Below, piece by piece: positions 24,171 through 37,388 of a DNA stretch of 64,000 bases. A model generated the notes under the pieces. That model ran no database searches. It saw nothing but the letters and a program-made list of their open reading frames with translations, and was not told the origin of the DNA. Origin of the DNA: Squalus acanthias (Eukaryota); NCBI GenBank assembly GCA_030390025.1, contig CM059428.1:86242001-86306000 (forward strand), given 5' to 3'. Made by a program: the position numbers and the translations under genes. The stretch's first letter is position 1; every line of letters starts with the position of its first letter.

Positions 24171-24934
24171 CTGCAAAATAATAATAAAAATAATAGTGGG
24201 GAGACAGATCTAAAAATATTATAGGTATTTCATATTTAAATTTTACTTTAATGTATGACTTTGTATAATGCACATTACTGTAATTAAATAAAAGCTCAAC
24301 ATTCAAAAATATCAAAGTTAATTTATACTGAATTTCTAATGACAATAAATCACTGATTTTACAAATACAAAATCATTGGATTATTGATGAGACAAACTCA
24401 GTCTACAAAATGAATTTCTAGCAATCTATTGTAAACCTGAAGAAACCTTTGTAATGTACCAGCTGGGACTTCTCTTCTGCTGCTGGGTGCCTTCAAAGAT
24501 TTTTACGGTTTAATAGTCTACTCCTCTATATTCAAATTATCTGTTAATTCAAATTAAAACTATTCAAAAAAAGACTCCGGTATTATTTTACTAAAATTGC
24601 TCACCTCATACAACTTAGATAATTCAATTGTTTTTCGAGCAAAGCACGACTTCTAATTAACAGTAGTAGACTGTAGTTCCCTTTCATTTTGACAAAAGCT
24701 GCTTTTAAATTCACTAGGATTTTTCATATCGCTGAAATGTCACTGAGAACAGACCAAAACAAGATGGGCCAAGTTTGGTTCAAGAAGTAGTTTCCAATCA
24801 CTTTTACAGACAACCAAATTAGTGAAGGAAAGCAAAGGTAATGAAGCTGGCTGGTTCAGGAAGTTGGGGTCTTGCTGTAGTGTAATAGATCTATTTCCAA
24901 AATCAATATGCATACATTTTAATCCTTATTCTAA

Positions 24935-27900
24935 GGGGGGGGGGGGGGGGTGAGGGTGAACAGCCAGAGGTTGTGGTCCATATTGGTACCAACGACATAG
25001 GTAGAAAGAGGGATGAGATCCTGCAGGCTGATGTTAGGGAGCTATGAAAGAGATTAAAAAGCAGGACCTCAAAGGTAGCAATTTCCAGATTACTCCCGGT
25101 GCCAAGTGCGAGTGAGTATATAAATAGGAAGATAGAGCAGATGAATGCATGGCTGGAGAGATGGTGCAGGAGGGAGGGCTTCAGATTCCTGGGGCATTGG
25201 GGCCAGTTCTAGGGGAGGTGGGACCTGCACAGGCCAGACGGGTTGCACCTCAACAGGGCAATATCCTCGCGGGGAGGTTTGCTAGTGCTATTGGGGAGGG
25301 TTTAAACTAATTTGGCAGGGGGATGGGCACCAGGATGTAACATTAGAAAGGGGAAATGAAGTGCTCAAAGGATTGGGAGAGGCAGAGAGCACTAAAGTAA
25401 GAAATAGTAAGTTATTAGGTGAGGTCAAACTAAGAGAGAATACAGGATGGTCTAAGATGGGTTTACAGTGTATGTATGTAAATGCACAAAGCATAGTAAA
25501 CAAGGTAAGTGAGCTGCAGGCACAAATAGCCACATGGGAATATGATGTTGTGGCAATAACTGAGATCTGGCTCAAAAAAGGGCAGGATTGGGTATTAAAT
25601 ATTCCTGGTTATAAGGTGTTCAGAAAAGATAGGAGGTGGTGTGGCAGTATTGGTTAAGGAGAATGTTACAGTGCTGGAGAGAGAGGATGTCCTGGAGGGG
25701 TCAAGGACAGAATCTATATGGCTAGAGTTAATAAATAATAGAGGTGCCATTACACTACTAGGTGTATTCTATAGGCCACCAAATAGTGGGAAAGATATGG
25801 AGGAGCAAATTTGCAGAGCAATTACAGAGAGGTGCAAGAACTATAGAGTAGTAATAATGGGGGACTTCAACTATCCTAATGTAGACTGGGATCGTAATAG
25901 TGTAAAGGGCAGAGAAGGGGAAGAATTTCTGAAGTGTGTTCAGGAGAACTTTCTTGATCAGTATGTTTCTGGCCTGACGAGGGTGGAGGCATTGCTGGAT
26001 CTGGTTCTGGGGAATGAGGTAGGTCAAGTGGAGCAAGTGGCAGTAAGTGAACATTTAGGGAACAGTGATCATAGTATCATAAGGTTTAGATTAGCTAGGA
26101 AAAAGGACAGGGAACAATCTGGAGTAAAAATGTTTAACTGGGGGGGCGGGGGGGGGGGGGAAGACCAATTTCAGTGGGATGAGAATGGATCTGGCTTGGG
26201 TAAACTGGAATCAATTGGCAGGCAAAACTGCAATCGAACAATGGGCTGCCTTTAAAGAGGAAATAGTTCAGGTACATTCCCACTAGGGGGAAAGGCAGGG
26301 CAACTAAAGTCGGGGCTCCCTGGATGACGAAACAGATAGGGAATATGATGAAGCAGAAAAAGAACGCGTATGACAGATATCAGGTTGCAAATACATCCGA
26401 GAATCAGGCTATATATAGAAAGGTCAGAGGAGAAGTGAAAATAAGAGGGGAAAAGAGGTTATGAAAATAGAATGGCAGCCAACTTAAAAGGTAATCCAAA
26501 AGTCTTCTATAGGCATATAAATAGTAAAAAGGTAGTAAGAGGAGGGGTGGGGCCGATTAGGGACCAAAAAGGAGACCTACACATGTAGGCAGAGGGTATG
26601 GCTGAGGTACTAAACTAGTACTTTGCATCTGTCTTCACCAAGGAAGAGGATGCTGCGAGAGACAGTGAAGGAGGAGGTAATGGAGACACTTGATAGGATA
26701 AAAATTGATAAAGAGGTAGTATTAGAAAGGCTGGCTGTACTTAAAGTAGATAAATCACCATGAGTGGATGGGATACATCCTACAATGCTGAAGGAATGGA
26801 GTGCAGAAATCGTGGAGGTACTGGCCATAATATTCCAATCCTCCATAGATACGGGGGTGGTGCCAGAGGACTGGAGAATTGCAAATGTTACATCATTATT
26901 CAAAAAGGTGTAAAGATAAACCTAGCAACTACAGGCCAGTCAGTTTAACCGCAGTAGTGGGGAAGCTTTTAGAAACAGTAATCAGGGACAGAATTAACAG
27001 TCACTTGGATAGGTGTGGATTAATTAAGGAAAGCCAGCACAAATTTGTTAACGGCAAATTGTGTTTAACCAACTTGATTGAGTTTTTTGATGAGGTAACA
27101 GAGAGGGTTGATGAGGGTAATGCGGTTGACGTAGTGTACATGGATTTCCAAAAGGCATTCGACAAAGTGCCACATAATAGGCTTGCCAGCAAAGTTGAAG
27201 CCCACGGAATAAAAGGGACAGTGGCAGCATGGATACGAAATTGGCAAAGTGACAGGAAACAGAGAGTAGTGGTGAACAGTTGTTTTTCGGACTGGAGGAA
27301 GGTATACAGTAGTGTTCCCCAGGGTTCAGTACTAGGACCACTGCTTTTCTTCATGTATATTAATGACTTGGACTTGGGTGTAAAGGACATAATTTCAAAA
27401 TTTGCAGACGCCACAAAACTTGGAAGTATAGTGAACAGTGAGGAGGAGAGTGATAGACTTCAGGAAGACAGACAGGCTGGTGAAATGGGCGGACACGTGG
27501 CAGATGAAATTTAACGTAGAAAAGTGTGAAGTGATACATTTTGGTAGAAAGAATGGGGAGAGGCAGTATAACCTAAATGGTACAATCCTAAAGCGGGGTG
27601 CATGAACAGAGAGACCTGGGAGTATGTGTGCACAAATCATTGAAGGTGGCAGGGCAGGTTGAGAAAGCAGTTAAAGCTTACGGGATCCTGGGCTTCATAA
27701 ATAGAGGTATAGAGTACAAAAGTGTGGAAATTATTATGAACCTGTATAAAACACTGGTTCGGCCCCAACTGGAGTACTGTGTCCAATTCTGGGCACCACA
27801 CTTTAGGAAGGATGTGAAGGCCTTAGAGAAGGTGCAGACAAGATTTACGAGAATGATTCCAGGAATGAGGGACTTCAGTTATGTTGATAGACTGGAGAAA

Positions 27901-28345
27901 CTGGGGTTGTTCTCCTTGGAGTGGAGCAGAAAAGATTGAGAGGAGATTTGATAGAGGTGTTCAAAATCATGAGGGGTCTGGACAGAGTAGATAGAGAGAA
28001 ACTGTTCCCAGTGGCAGAAGGGTCGAGAACCAGAGGACACAGATTTAAGGCGATTGGCAAAAGAACCAAAGGCGACATAAGAAAAAACTTTTTTATGCAG
28101 CGAGTGGTTAAGATCTGGAATGCACTTCCTGAAAGGGTGGTGGAGGCAGACTCAATCTTAACTTTCATAAGGAAATTGGATAAGTATCTGAAGGAAAAAA
28201 AATTGCAGGACTACGGAGAAAGAGCGGGGGAGTAGGACTAGCTGAAGTGCTCTTGGAGAGCCGGCATGGGCTCGACGGGCCCGACGGGCCGAATGGCCTT
28301 CTTCCGTGCTGTAACCATTCTATGATTCTATTCTATGATTCTATA
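24935..28345 (+). mobile_element. CR1 LINE, 5'-truncated in ORF1, decayed
   Basis: Esterase remnant (VHIGTND); APE (YVNAQSI, MGDFN, GNSDH); RT (YMDFQKAFD, PQGSVLGP); TTCTATGATTCTA tail. Confidence 0.93.
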
Positions 28346-29378
28346 AATAGTATGTATATAGAACCCCCTTAAAGGCAACTCACTTCAAACCACAAAACGG
28401 TAATTTTCCAGCTTTGCACTCCTCATGCAGAGGCTGTGCAGATTGAAAATTTTGGCTGCACATAGCATACAATTTTCCCACCAATGGTTGAAAAATCATA
28501 CGCAACCCATGAATTTCTTACATGTGCTGCCAGCGAGCAAGGTTCCTGCAAGAAGCACAGATCAGACAAAAATTGACACCGAGTCAGAAAAGGAGATGTT
28601 AGGAGGGGTGACTAAAAGCTTGGTCAAAGAGCTAGGTTTTATGGAGATTCTTAAAGGAGGAGAGGTAGAGAGAAATGCAAAGGTTTAGGGAGGGAATTCT
28701 AGAGCTTAGTGTATAGATGGCAGAAAACACGGCCATCAAATGGTGGGGTGATGGGAATGGGGGATACACCAAAACCACTGAGCAGTTTACCACTGATGGG
28801 CACAATTATACAATTTTGATTTGCAAAGGCCATCATAATAAAAGGACTTGGTACAAGAATAAACTAAGGCTGTCACTTAAGCACCAACACTACGGTTACA
28901 AAAGTTAGACATTTTCCAGATGTGTATTTTCATGACATGTGCATAACTGACATACCCACAATGGTGACACAAATTTTGTCCCAGTTCAGATTTTTTTTTT
29001 TTAAACTAGCCCGATGAACTTAATAGAATTCAGCATTCATAAAATGAATAGGGATTTTAGGAATAATCATAGAGAACTTATTTTTCCAAAGTAGCAGATG
29101 TGTAAGGAATCCATATGGTTGCAGTATTATGCAAAATATTCCTACTAATATTCAAGTCATTTACAATTTGGATCTATTGTTTTTAGGCTCATTCTAGCAT
29201 TGCTTTACTAAGCATCTTTGAAAGGACATTCCACGAGAGGACATCAGAATCAAACCCAAACAATTTGAAAGTCAAACATTAGAAACAAGGACAACCACAA
29301 ATTATGTAGAAAGTACATCAAAGAAACAGACCATTTAGCCCAACCAGTCTGTATTAGTGTTTACACTCCACATGAGCA

Positions 29379-30190
29379 GCAGCTTGGGCTGATAAGTGGC
29401 AGGTAACATTCGCACCACAGAAGTGCCAGGCAATGACTGTCTCCAACAAGCAAGAGACCAACCACCTCCCCTTGACATTCAACGGCATTACCATCGCCAA
29501 ATCCCCCACTATCAACATCCTGGGGGTCACCATTGAGCAGAAACTTAACTGGACCAGCCACATAAATACTGTGGCAACAAGAGCAGGTCACAGGCTAGGT
29601 ATTCTGTGGCGAGTGTCTCACCTCCTGATTCCCCAAAGCCTTTCTACCATCTACAAGGCACAAGTAAGGAGTGTGATGGAATACTCTCCACTTGCCTGGA
29701 TGAGTGCAGCTCAAACAACACTCAAGAAGCTCGACACCATCCAGGACAAAGCAGCCCGCTTGATTGGCACCCCATCCACCACCTTAAACATTCACTCCTC
29801 CACCACTGGTGTACCGTGGCTGCAGTGTGTACTATCTACAAGATGCACTGCAGCAAGTCACCAAGACTTCTTCAGCAGCACCTCACAAATACACAACCTC
29901 TTCCACCTAGAAGGACAAGGGTAGCAGGCGCATGGGAACACCACCACCTGCAAGTTCCCCTCCAAGTCACCCACCATCCTGACTTGGAAATATATCGCCA
30001 TTCCTTCATCATCACTGGGTCAAAATCCTGGAACTCCTTACCTAACATCACTGTGGGAGTACCTACACCACACAGACTGCAGCGGTTCAAGAAGGTGGCT
30101 CACCACCACCTTCTCAAGGGCAACTAGGGGTGGGCAATAAATGCTGGCCTTGCCAGCGATGCCCACATCCCATAAACGAATAAAAAAAAA
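29379..30190 (+). mobile_element. 3' part of the tRNA-headed LINE family (CR1/L2 group RT C-terminus plus tail)
   Basis: ILGVTIEQKLNWTSHI...IYKAQVRSVMEYSPLAW. Tail CACCTTCTCAAGGGCAA...GATGCCCACATCCC plus A-run, shared with the SINE-like copies at 54550 and 56125. Confidence 0.85.
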
Positions 30191-30654
30191 GTCCTAATCC
30201 CATGTGACTGCTCTGTTCCCATATCCTTTAAAAGCTCTTTCCTTCAACCACCTATCTAACCTATTCATGGTCTTTGCTTTATTCATTAACTCTGGCAAGG
30301 CATTCTATGGACTCACAACACTGTTTAAAATGCTTGCTCTCGGTCTTAAATTTTATACATTCAGTATTATATCCATGTTGCCTCTTCCACCCCCTCAATC
30401 AAAGAAAACAGTCTTGGATCCTAATTCAATATCATTGTGCCATTTTGTGGGCCTAAAATGGGTGCAACGATAACCAATTTAGCAGGGCAGAGGCTGGATC
30501 CGAATGGGAATTTAAGCCACTGCTAAATTGGTTGGGGCCTTTTTTTAAGGAGGCTCCTGTTCCCATTTCAGAGCTGGACTGTTAAATTCATTTGGATTAG
30601 TCAGAGCTAGCGTTGTGCAAGCTCCGACTGGTATTTCTGGGTCTGGTACAGACC

Positions 30655-31981
30655 GGTTAGCCTAACATCAGTAGTAGGGAAAATGCTAGAGTCTATTATA
30701 AAGGTGTGATAACAGGACACTTAGAAAATATCAACGGGATTAGACAAAGTCAACATGGATTTATGAAAGGGAAATCATGTTTGACAAACCTACTGGAGTT
30801 TTTTTGAGGATGTAACTGGTAGAATAGATAAGGGAGAACCAGTGCATGTGGTGTATTTGGATTTTCAGAAGGCCTTTGATAAAGTCCCACATAAGAGGTT
30901 AGTGTGCAAAATTAATGCATATGGGATTGGGGGTTATATACTGGCATGGATTGAAAATTGGTTAACAGACAGGAAACAGAGAAGGAATAAATGGGTCTTT
31001 TTCAAGTTGGCAGGCGGTGACTAGTGGGGTACCACAGGGATCAGTGCTTGGGCCCCAGCTATTCACAATATATATCAATGATTTGGATGAGGGAACCAAA
31101 TGTAATATTTCCAAGTTTGCTGATGACACGAAACTAGGTGGGATTGTGAGTTGTCAGGAGGATGCAAAGAGGCTTCAAGGCGATTTAGACAAGTTGAGTG
31201 AGTGGGCAAATATATGGCCGATGCAGTATAACGTGGATAAATGTGAAGTTATCCACTTCAGTAGGAAAAACAAAGGCAGAGTATTATTTAAAATGGTGAT
31301 AGATTGGGAAATGTTGATGTACAAAGGGACTTGGGTGTCCTTGTACACCAGTCACTGAAAGCAAACATGCAGGTGCAGCAAGCAGTTAGAAAGGCAAATG
31401 GTATGTTGGCCTTCATTGCAAGAGAATTTGAGTACAGGAGCAAGGATGTCTTACTACAGTTATACAGGGCCTTGGTGAGACCACACCTGGAGTACTGTGT
31501 TCAGTTTTGGTCTCCTTACCTAAGAAAGAATATACTTGTCATAGAGGGAGTGCAGCAAAGGTTCACCAGACTGATTCCTGGGATGGCAGGACTGTCGTAT
31601 GAGGAGAGATTGGGTCGACTAGGCCTGTATTCACTAGAGTTTAGAAGAATGAGAGGGGATCTCATTGAAACGTATAAAATTCTGACAGGGCTAGACAGAC
31701 TGGATGCAGGGAGGATGTTTCCCCTGGCTGGGGGGTCTAGAACGAGGGGTCACAGTCTCAGGATATGGGGTAGGACATTTAGGACTGAGATGAGGAGAAA
31801 TTTCTTCACTCAGAGGGTGGTGAACCTGTGGAATTCTCCACCACAAAAGGCTGTGGCAGCCAAGTCACTGAATATATTTAAGAAGGAGATAAATAGATTT
31901 CTAGATGCAAAAGGCATCAAGGGGTATGGGGAGAGAGCGGGAATATGATATTGATATGGAGGATCAGCCATGATCATATTA
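30655..31981 (+). mobile_element. CR1 LINE 3' part (outer element of a nest); its tail resumes at 37389-37446
   Basis: RT motifs YLDFQKAFD, PQGSVLGP, FADD. The 3' UTR breaks at GATCAGCCATGATCATATT and continues at 37389 with ...GAAGGGCCGAATGGCCTACTCCTGCTCCTATGTTTCTATG. Confidence 0.88.
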
Positions 31982-34900
31982 GAATCATAGAAAGTTTCAG
32001 CACGGAAGGAGGCCATTTCAGCCCATCATGTCCGCGCCGGCCAACAAAGAGCTATCCAGCCTAATCCCACTTCCCAGCTCTTGTTCCGTAGCCTGCAGGT
32101 TAGAGCATCCGAAGTGCACATCCAAGTACTTTTTAAATGTGGTTAGGGTTCCTGCCTCTACCACCCTTTCAGGCAGTGAGTTCCAGACCCCCAAAACCCT
32201 CTGGGTGAAGAAATCTCCCCTCAAAACCTTCCACCAATTACTTTAAATCTGTGCCCCCTGGTTTTTGACCCCTCTGCTAAGGGAAATAGGTCCTTTCTAT
32301 CCACTTTATCTATGCCCCTCATAATTTTATACACCTCAATAAGGTCTCCCCTCAGCCTCCTCTCATCCAAGGAAAACAGCCCCAGCCTATCCAGTCTTTC
32401 CTCATAGCTAAGATTCTCTACTCCCGGCAACATCCTTGTAAACCTCCTCTGTACCCTCTCTAGTGCAATCACATCTTTCCTGTAATGTGGTGACGAGAAC
32501 TGCACGCAGTACTCTAGCTGAGGCCTAACTAGTGTTTTATACAGTTGAAGCATAACCCCCCTGCTCTTGTATTCTATGCCACAGCTAATAAAGGCAAGCA
32601 TTCCGTATGCCTTATCTACTTGGCCTGCTACCTTCAGGGATCTGTGGACATACACTCCAAGGTTCCTTTGTTCCTCTATACTACTCAGTGTCCTACCATT
32701 TAATGTGTATTCCCTTTCCTTGTTAGCCCTCCCCAAATGCATTACCTCACACTTCTCCGGATTGAATTCCATTTGACACTGTTCTGCCCACCTGACCAAA
32801 TTATTGATATCTTCCTGCAGTCTACAGCTTCCTTCTTCAGTATCAACCACACAGCCGATTTTAGTATCATCTGCAAACTTCTTAATCATACCCCCTATAT
32901 TCAAGTCTAGATCATTGATATATACCACAAAAAGCAAGGGACCTGGTACTGAGCCCTGCGGAACCCCACTGGAAACAGCCTTCCAGTCACAAAAACACCC
33001 ATCAACCATTACCCTCTGCTTCCTGTCTCCGAGCCAGTTTTGAATCCAACTTGACACTTTACCCTGGATCCCATGAGCTTTTAACTTCATGACCAGTCTG
33101 CCATGTGGAACCTTATCAAAAGTCTTGCTAAAGTCCATATACACTACATCAAAGGCATTATCCTCCTTGTTACCTCCTCAAAAAATTCAATCAAGTTTGT
33201 CAGACACGACCTTCCCTTAACAAATCCGTGCTGACTATCTTTGATTAATCCATGTCTTTCTAAATGAAGATTTATCCTGTCCTTCAGAATTCTTTCCAAT
33301 AATTTTCCCACCACCGAGGTTAGGCTGACTGGCCTGTAATTACTCGGTCTATCCTTTTCTCCCTTTTTAAACGAGGGTACCACATTAGCAGTCCTCCAGT
33401 CCTCCGGCACCACACCTGAAGCCAGAGAGGATTGAAAAATGATGGTCAGGTGGCAAAAAATTGGACCCCAATAAAGAAAAAACAGTAAAAGTCAGTTTTT
33501 CCTTAAAACAGTTATTTAAATGGAATTATAAGCCCTGATTTTAACAGGGGCTAGCAGGGCAAGCATCAAGATTTCCCATGCTCGCTGATGTGAAGCTCAG
33601 GTCATATTAAGTATTCATTAAGAACCTTACCGACATCTCCCGCCTCCACACACAAATTACCCTCATGATCTCGAATAGGCCCTACCCTTTCTTTAGTTAT
33701 CCTCTTACTCTTATATATAGCCAGCATATAGAAAGTCCTACGAGAGGGGGTGGTACTGGACCTAACTCCAGGGAATGTAGCTGGGAAAGTGGTAGAAGTG
33801 TTAGTAGGAGAGCATTTTGGTGACCGTGACCATAATTCGGTGGGATTTAAGGTAGACATGGAAAAGGACAAAGATGGACCGGAAATAAAGGTTCTAAATT
33901 GGGGGAAGGCCGATTTTAATATGATAAGGCAGGATCTGGCCAAAGTGGACTAGGATCAGCTACTTGTAGGAAAATCCACATCAGAGCACTGGAAGTCTTT
34001 CAGAAAGGAAATAGAGAGAGTACAACGCCAACATGTACCCATAAAGGTCAAGGGTGGGACCAACAAGCCCAGGGAACCCAGGATGTCAAGGATATACGAG
34101 AATGGAATAGGAAAAAAAGGGAGGCTTTTGGCAGATACAAAGGACTAAAAACAGTGGAAGCCCTAGAGGAGTATAGAAAGTGCAGGGGGGTACTTAAAAA
34201 AGAAATTAGGAGAGCGAAGAGGGGGCATGAAATAACACTGTTGGGCAAAATAAAGGAAAATCCCAAGGTGTTTTATAAGTATATTAAGGGCAAGAGGATA
34301 ACCAGGGAAAGAGTAGGGCCCATTAGGGACCAAAGTAGCAATCTGTGTGTAAAGCCAGAAGATGTAGGTGGGGTTTTAAATAAATATTTTGCATCTGTGT
34401 TCACTATGGAGAAGGACGATGTAGGCATAGAAATCAGACAGGGGGAATTGTGATATACTTGAACAAATTAGTATTCAGAGGGAGGAGGTACTAGCGGTTT
34501 TAGTGGGTTTAAAAGTGGATAAATCCCCAGGCCCAGACGAGATGTATCCCAGGCTGCTGTGCGAGGCAAGGGAGGAGATTGCAGGGGCTCTGACACAAAT
34601 TTTCAGAACATCTCTGGCCACAGGGGAGGTGCCAGAGGACTGGAGAACAGCTAACGTAGTACCATTGTTCAAGAAGGGTAGTAGAGATAAACCAGGGAAT
34701 TATAGGCCAGTGAGCCTAACATCAGTGGTAGGGAAATTATTGGAAAAAAATCTGAGGGACAGAATTAGTCTCCACTTGGAGAAGCAAGGATTAATCAAGG
34801 ATAGTCAGCATGGCTTTGTCAGGGGGAGATCATGTCTGACCAATTTGATTGAATTTTGAGAGGGGGTGACTAGGTGTGTGGATGAGGGTAGTGCAGTTGA

Positions 34901-37388
34901 TGTGGTCTACATGGACTTCAGTAAGGCTTTTGACAAAGTCCCACATGGGAGACTGGTCAAGAAGGTTAGAGCCCATGGGATCCAGGGCAACTTGGCACAT
35001 TGGATCCAAAATTGGCTTAGTGACAGGAGGCAGAGGGTGATGGTCGAAGGTTGGATTTTGTGACTGGAAGCCTGTGTCCAGTGGTGTACCGTAGGGATCG
35101 GTACTGGGTCCTTTGCTGTTTGTAGTGTACATTAATGATTTCGATATGAATGTAGGAGGTATGATCAGTAAGTTCACAGATGACACAAAAATTGGTGGGG
35201 TGGTAAATAGCGAGGAGGGAAGCCTCAGGCTACAGGACGATATAGACAGGTTGGTTAGATGGGCAGAACAGTGGCAAATGGAAGTTAACCCTGAAAAGTG
35301 TGAGGTGATGCATTTTGGGAGGACTAACAAGGCAAGGGAATACACAATGAATGGTAGGACCCTAGGAAGGACAGAGGATCAGAGGGACCTTGGTGTGCAT
35401 GTACATAGATCCCTGAAGGCAGCAGGACAGGTCGATAAGGTGGTTAAAAAGGCATATGGGATACTTGCCTTCATTAGCCGAGGCATAGAATATAAGAGCA
35501 GGGAGGTTATGATGGAGCTGTACAAAACGCTAGTAAGAAACAGCTGGAATACTGTGTGCAGTTCTGGTCGCAACACTATAGGAAGGATGTGATTGCATTG
35601 GAGGGGGTGCAGAGGAGATTCACCAGGATGTTACCTGGGCTGCAGCGCTTCAGCTATGAAGAGAGACTGGACAGGCTGGGGTTGTTTTCCTGAGAGCAGA
35701 GAAAGCTGAGGGGGGACCTGATTGAGGTGTACAAAATTATGAGGGGCATAGATAGGGTAGATAGAAAGGAACTTTTCCCCTTAGTAGAGGGGTCAATAAC
35801 AAGGGGGCATATTGAGGGGCATAGATAGGGTAGATAGAAAGGAACTTTTCCCCTTAGTAGAGGGGTCAATAACAAGGGGGCATAGTTTCAAGGTAAGGGG
35901 CAGGAGGTTTAGAGGGGATTTGAAGAAAAAAAATTTCACCCAGAGGGTGGTTGGAATCTGGAACTCACTGCCGGAAAGGGTGGTAGAGGCAGGAACCCTC
36001 ACAACATTCAAGAAGCATTTAGATGAGCACTTGAAACGCCATAGCATACAAGGTTACGGACCAAGTGCTGGAAAATGGGATTAGAATAGACAGGGCCTGA
36101 TGGCTGGTGCGGACACGATGGGCCGAAGGGCCTCTTTCTGTGCTGTATAACTCTATGACTCTATATTTATAAAACATCTTTGGATTTTCCTTGATTTTAC
36201 TTGCCAAGAATTTTTCATGCTCTCTCTTTGCTTTCCTAATATCCTTTTTAATTGCACCCCTGCACTTTCTGTACTCCTCTAAAGATTCTGGAGTATTTAG
36301 CCCTCGGTATCTGTCATACGCCTCCCTTTTTTTCTTTATCCTACCCTGCATGTCTCTGGACATCCAGGGGGCTCAAGATTTGTTAGTCCCACCTTTTTTC
36401 TTTAAGGGCACATATTTGGTCTGAACCCTCCGGATCTCCTCCTTGAATGCCTCCCACTGCACTGACACTGATTTACTTTCAAGTAGCTGTTTCCAGTGCA
36501 CTATGGCTAAATTCCCACTGAGCGTAGCAAAATTTGCTTTTCCCCAATTTAGAATTTTTATTCCTGGTCTATCCTTGTCCTTTTCCATAACTACCTTAAA
36601 TCTAACAGAATTGTGGTCACTAGCACCAAAATGCTCCCCCACTGATACGCCTTCTACCTGCCCAGCTTCATTCCCTAAAACTAAGTCCAGAACCGCCCCC
36701 TCCCTTGTTGGGCTTGCTACATACTGGCTAAAAAAGTTCTCCTGGATGCATTTTACGAATTCCGCACCCTCTATACCCTTCACACAATCTTATCCTAGTT
36801 AATATTGGGGTAGTTGAAATCCCCTACTATTACTGCACTATAGTTTTTGCACGTCTCAGAAATTTGTCTGCATATTTGTTCTTCTATCTCCCTCTCACTG
36901 TTTGGGGGTCTGTAGTACACTCCCAGCAGTGTGATTGCCCCTTTTTTGTTTTTCTATTCGACCCATATGGCCTCGTTTGATGATCCCTCCAACATATCAT
37001 CCCTCTTCACAGCTGTAATAGTTTCTTTAAACAATACCGTGCCCCCCCCCTTTTTTACCTCCCTCTCTATCCAGCCTGAAAATCCTGTAACCAGGAATGT
37101 TTAGCTGCCATACCTGCCCCTCTTTCAACCATGTCTCTGTAATAGCTATAATATCACAGTCCCAAGTATCTACCTGTGCCCTCAGCTCATCTGCCTTGTT
37201 CGCTATACTCCTTGCATTGAAGTATATACAATTTAGTACAGGCAAACCTCCTTGATGACTACTATCTAGCCCTCGATTCCTCTATCCTTCCAATTTACTT
37301 TCTACGTTTTTGTTTTCCAATTCCAGTTTTTCTTTCCTCCCGATTGACTCTATACTTAGGTTCCCATCCCCCTGCCAAGCTAGTTTAA
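31982..37388 (-). mobile_element. CR1 LINE on the minus strand (middle element of the nest), split by later events
   Basis: Minus ORFs 37027-37245 (APE N-term YFNARSI), 36373-36783, 33144-33413 and 32221-33144 (FADD). The reading KMFYKY|IxKSKRITKERVGPIRD joins 36161 to ~33720. Confidence 0.88.
33730..36162 (+). mobile_element. CR1 LINE, 5'-truncated (inner element of the nest)
   Basis: Plus-strand APE end (DRDHN) and RT (YMDFSKAFD, FTDD). Tail TAACTCTATGACTCTA at ~36148-36163. Confidence 0.9.

Noticed and set aside
23959-24345. 128-aa ORF as a stand-alone membrane protein
   Set aside because: Only 24004-24170 is coding (the ITGB8 TM exon); the rest is intron read-through.
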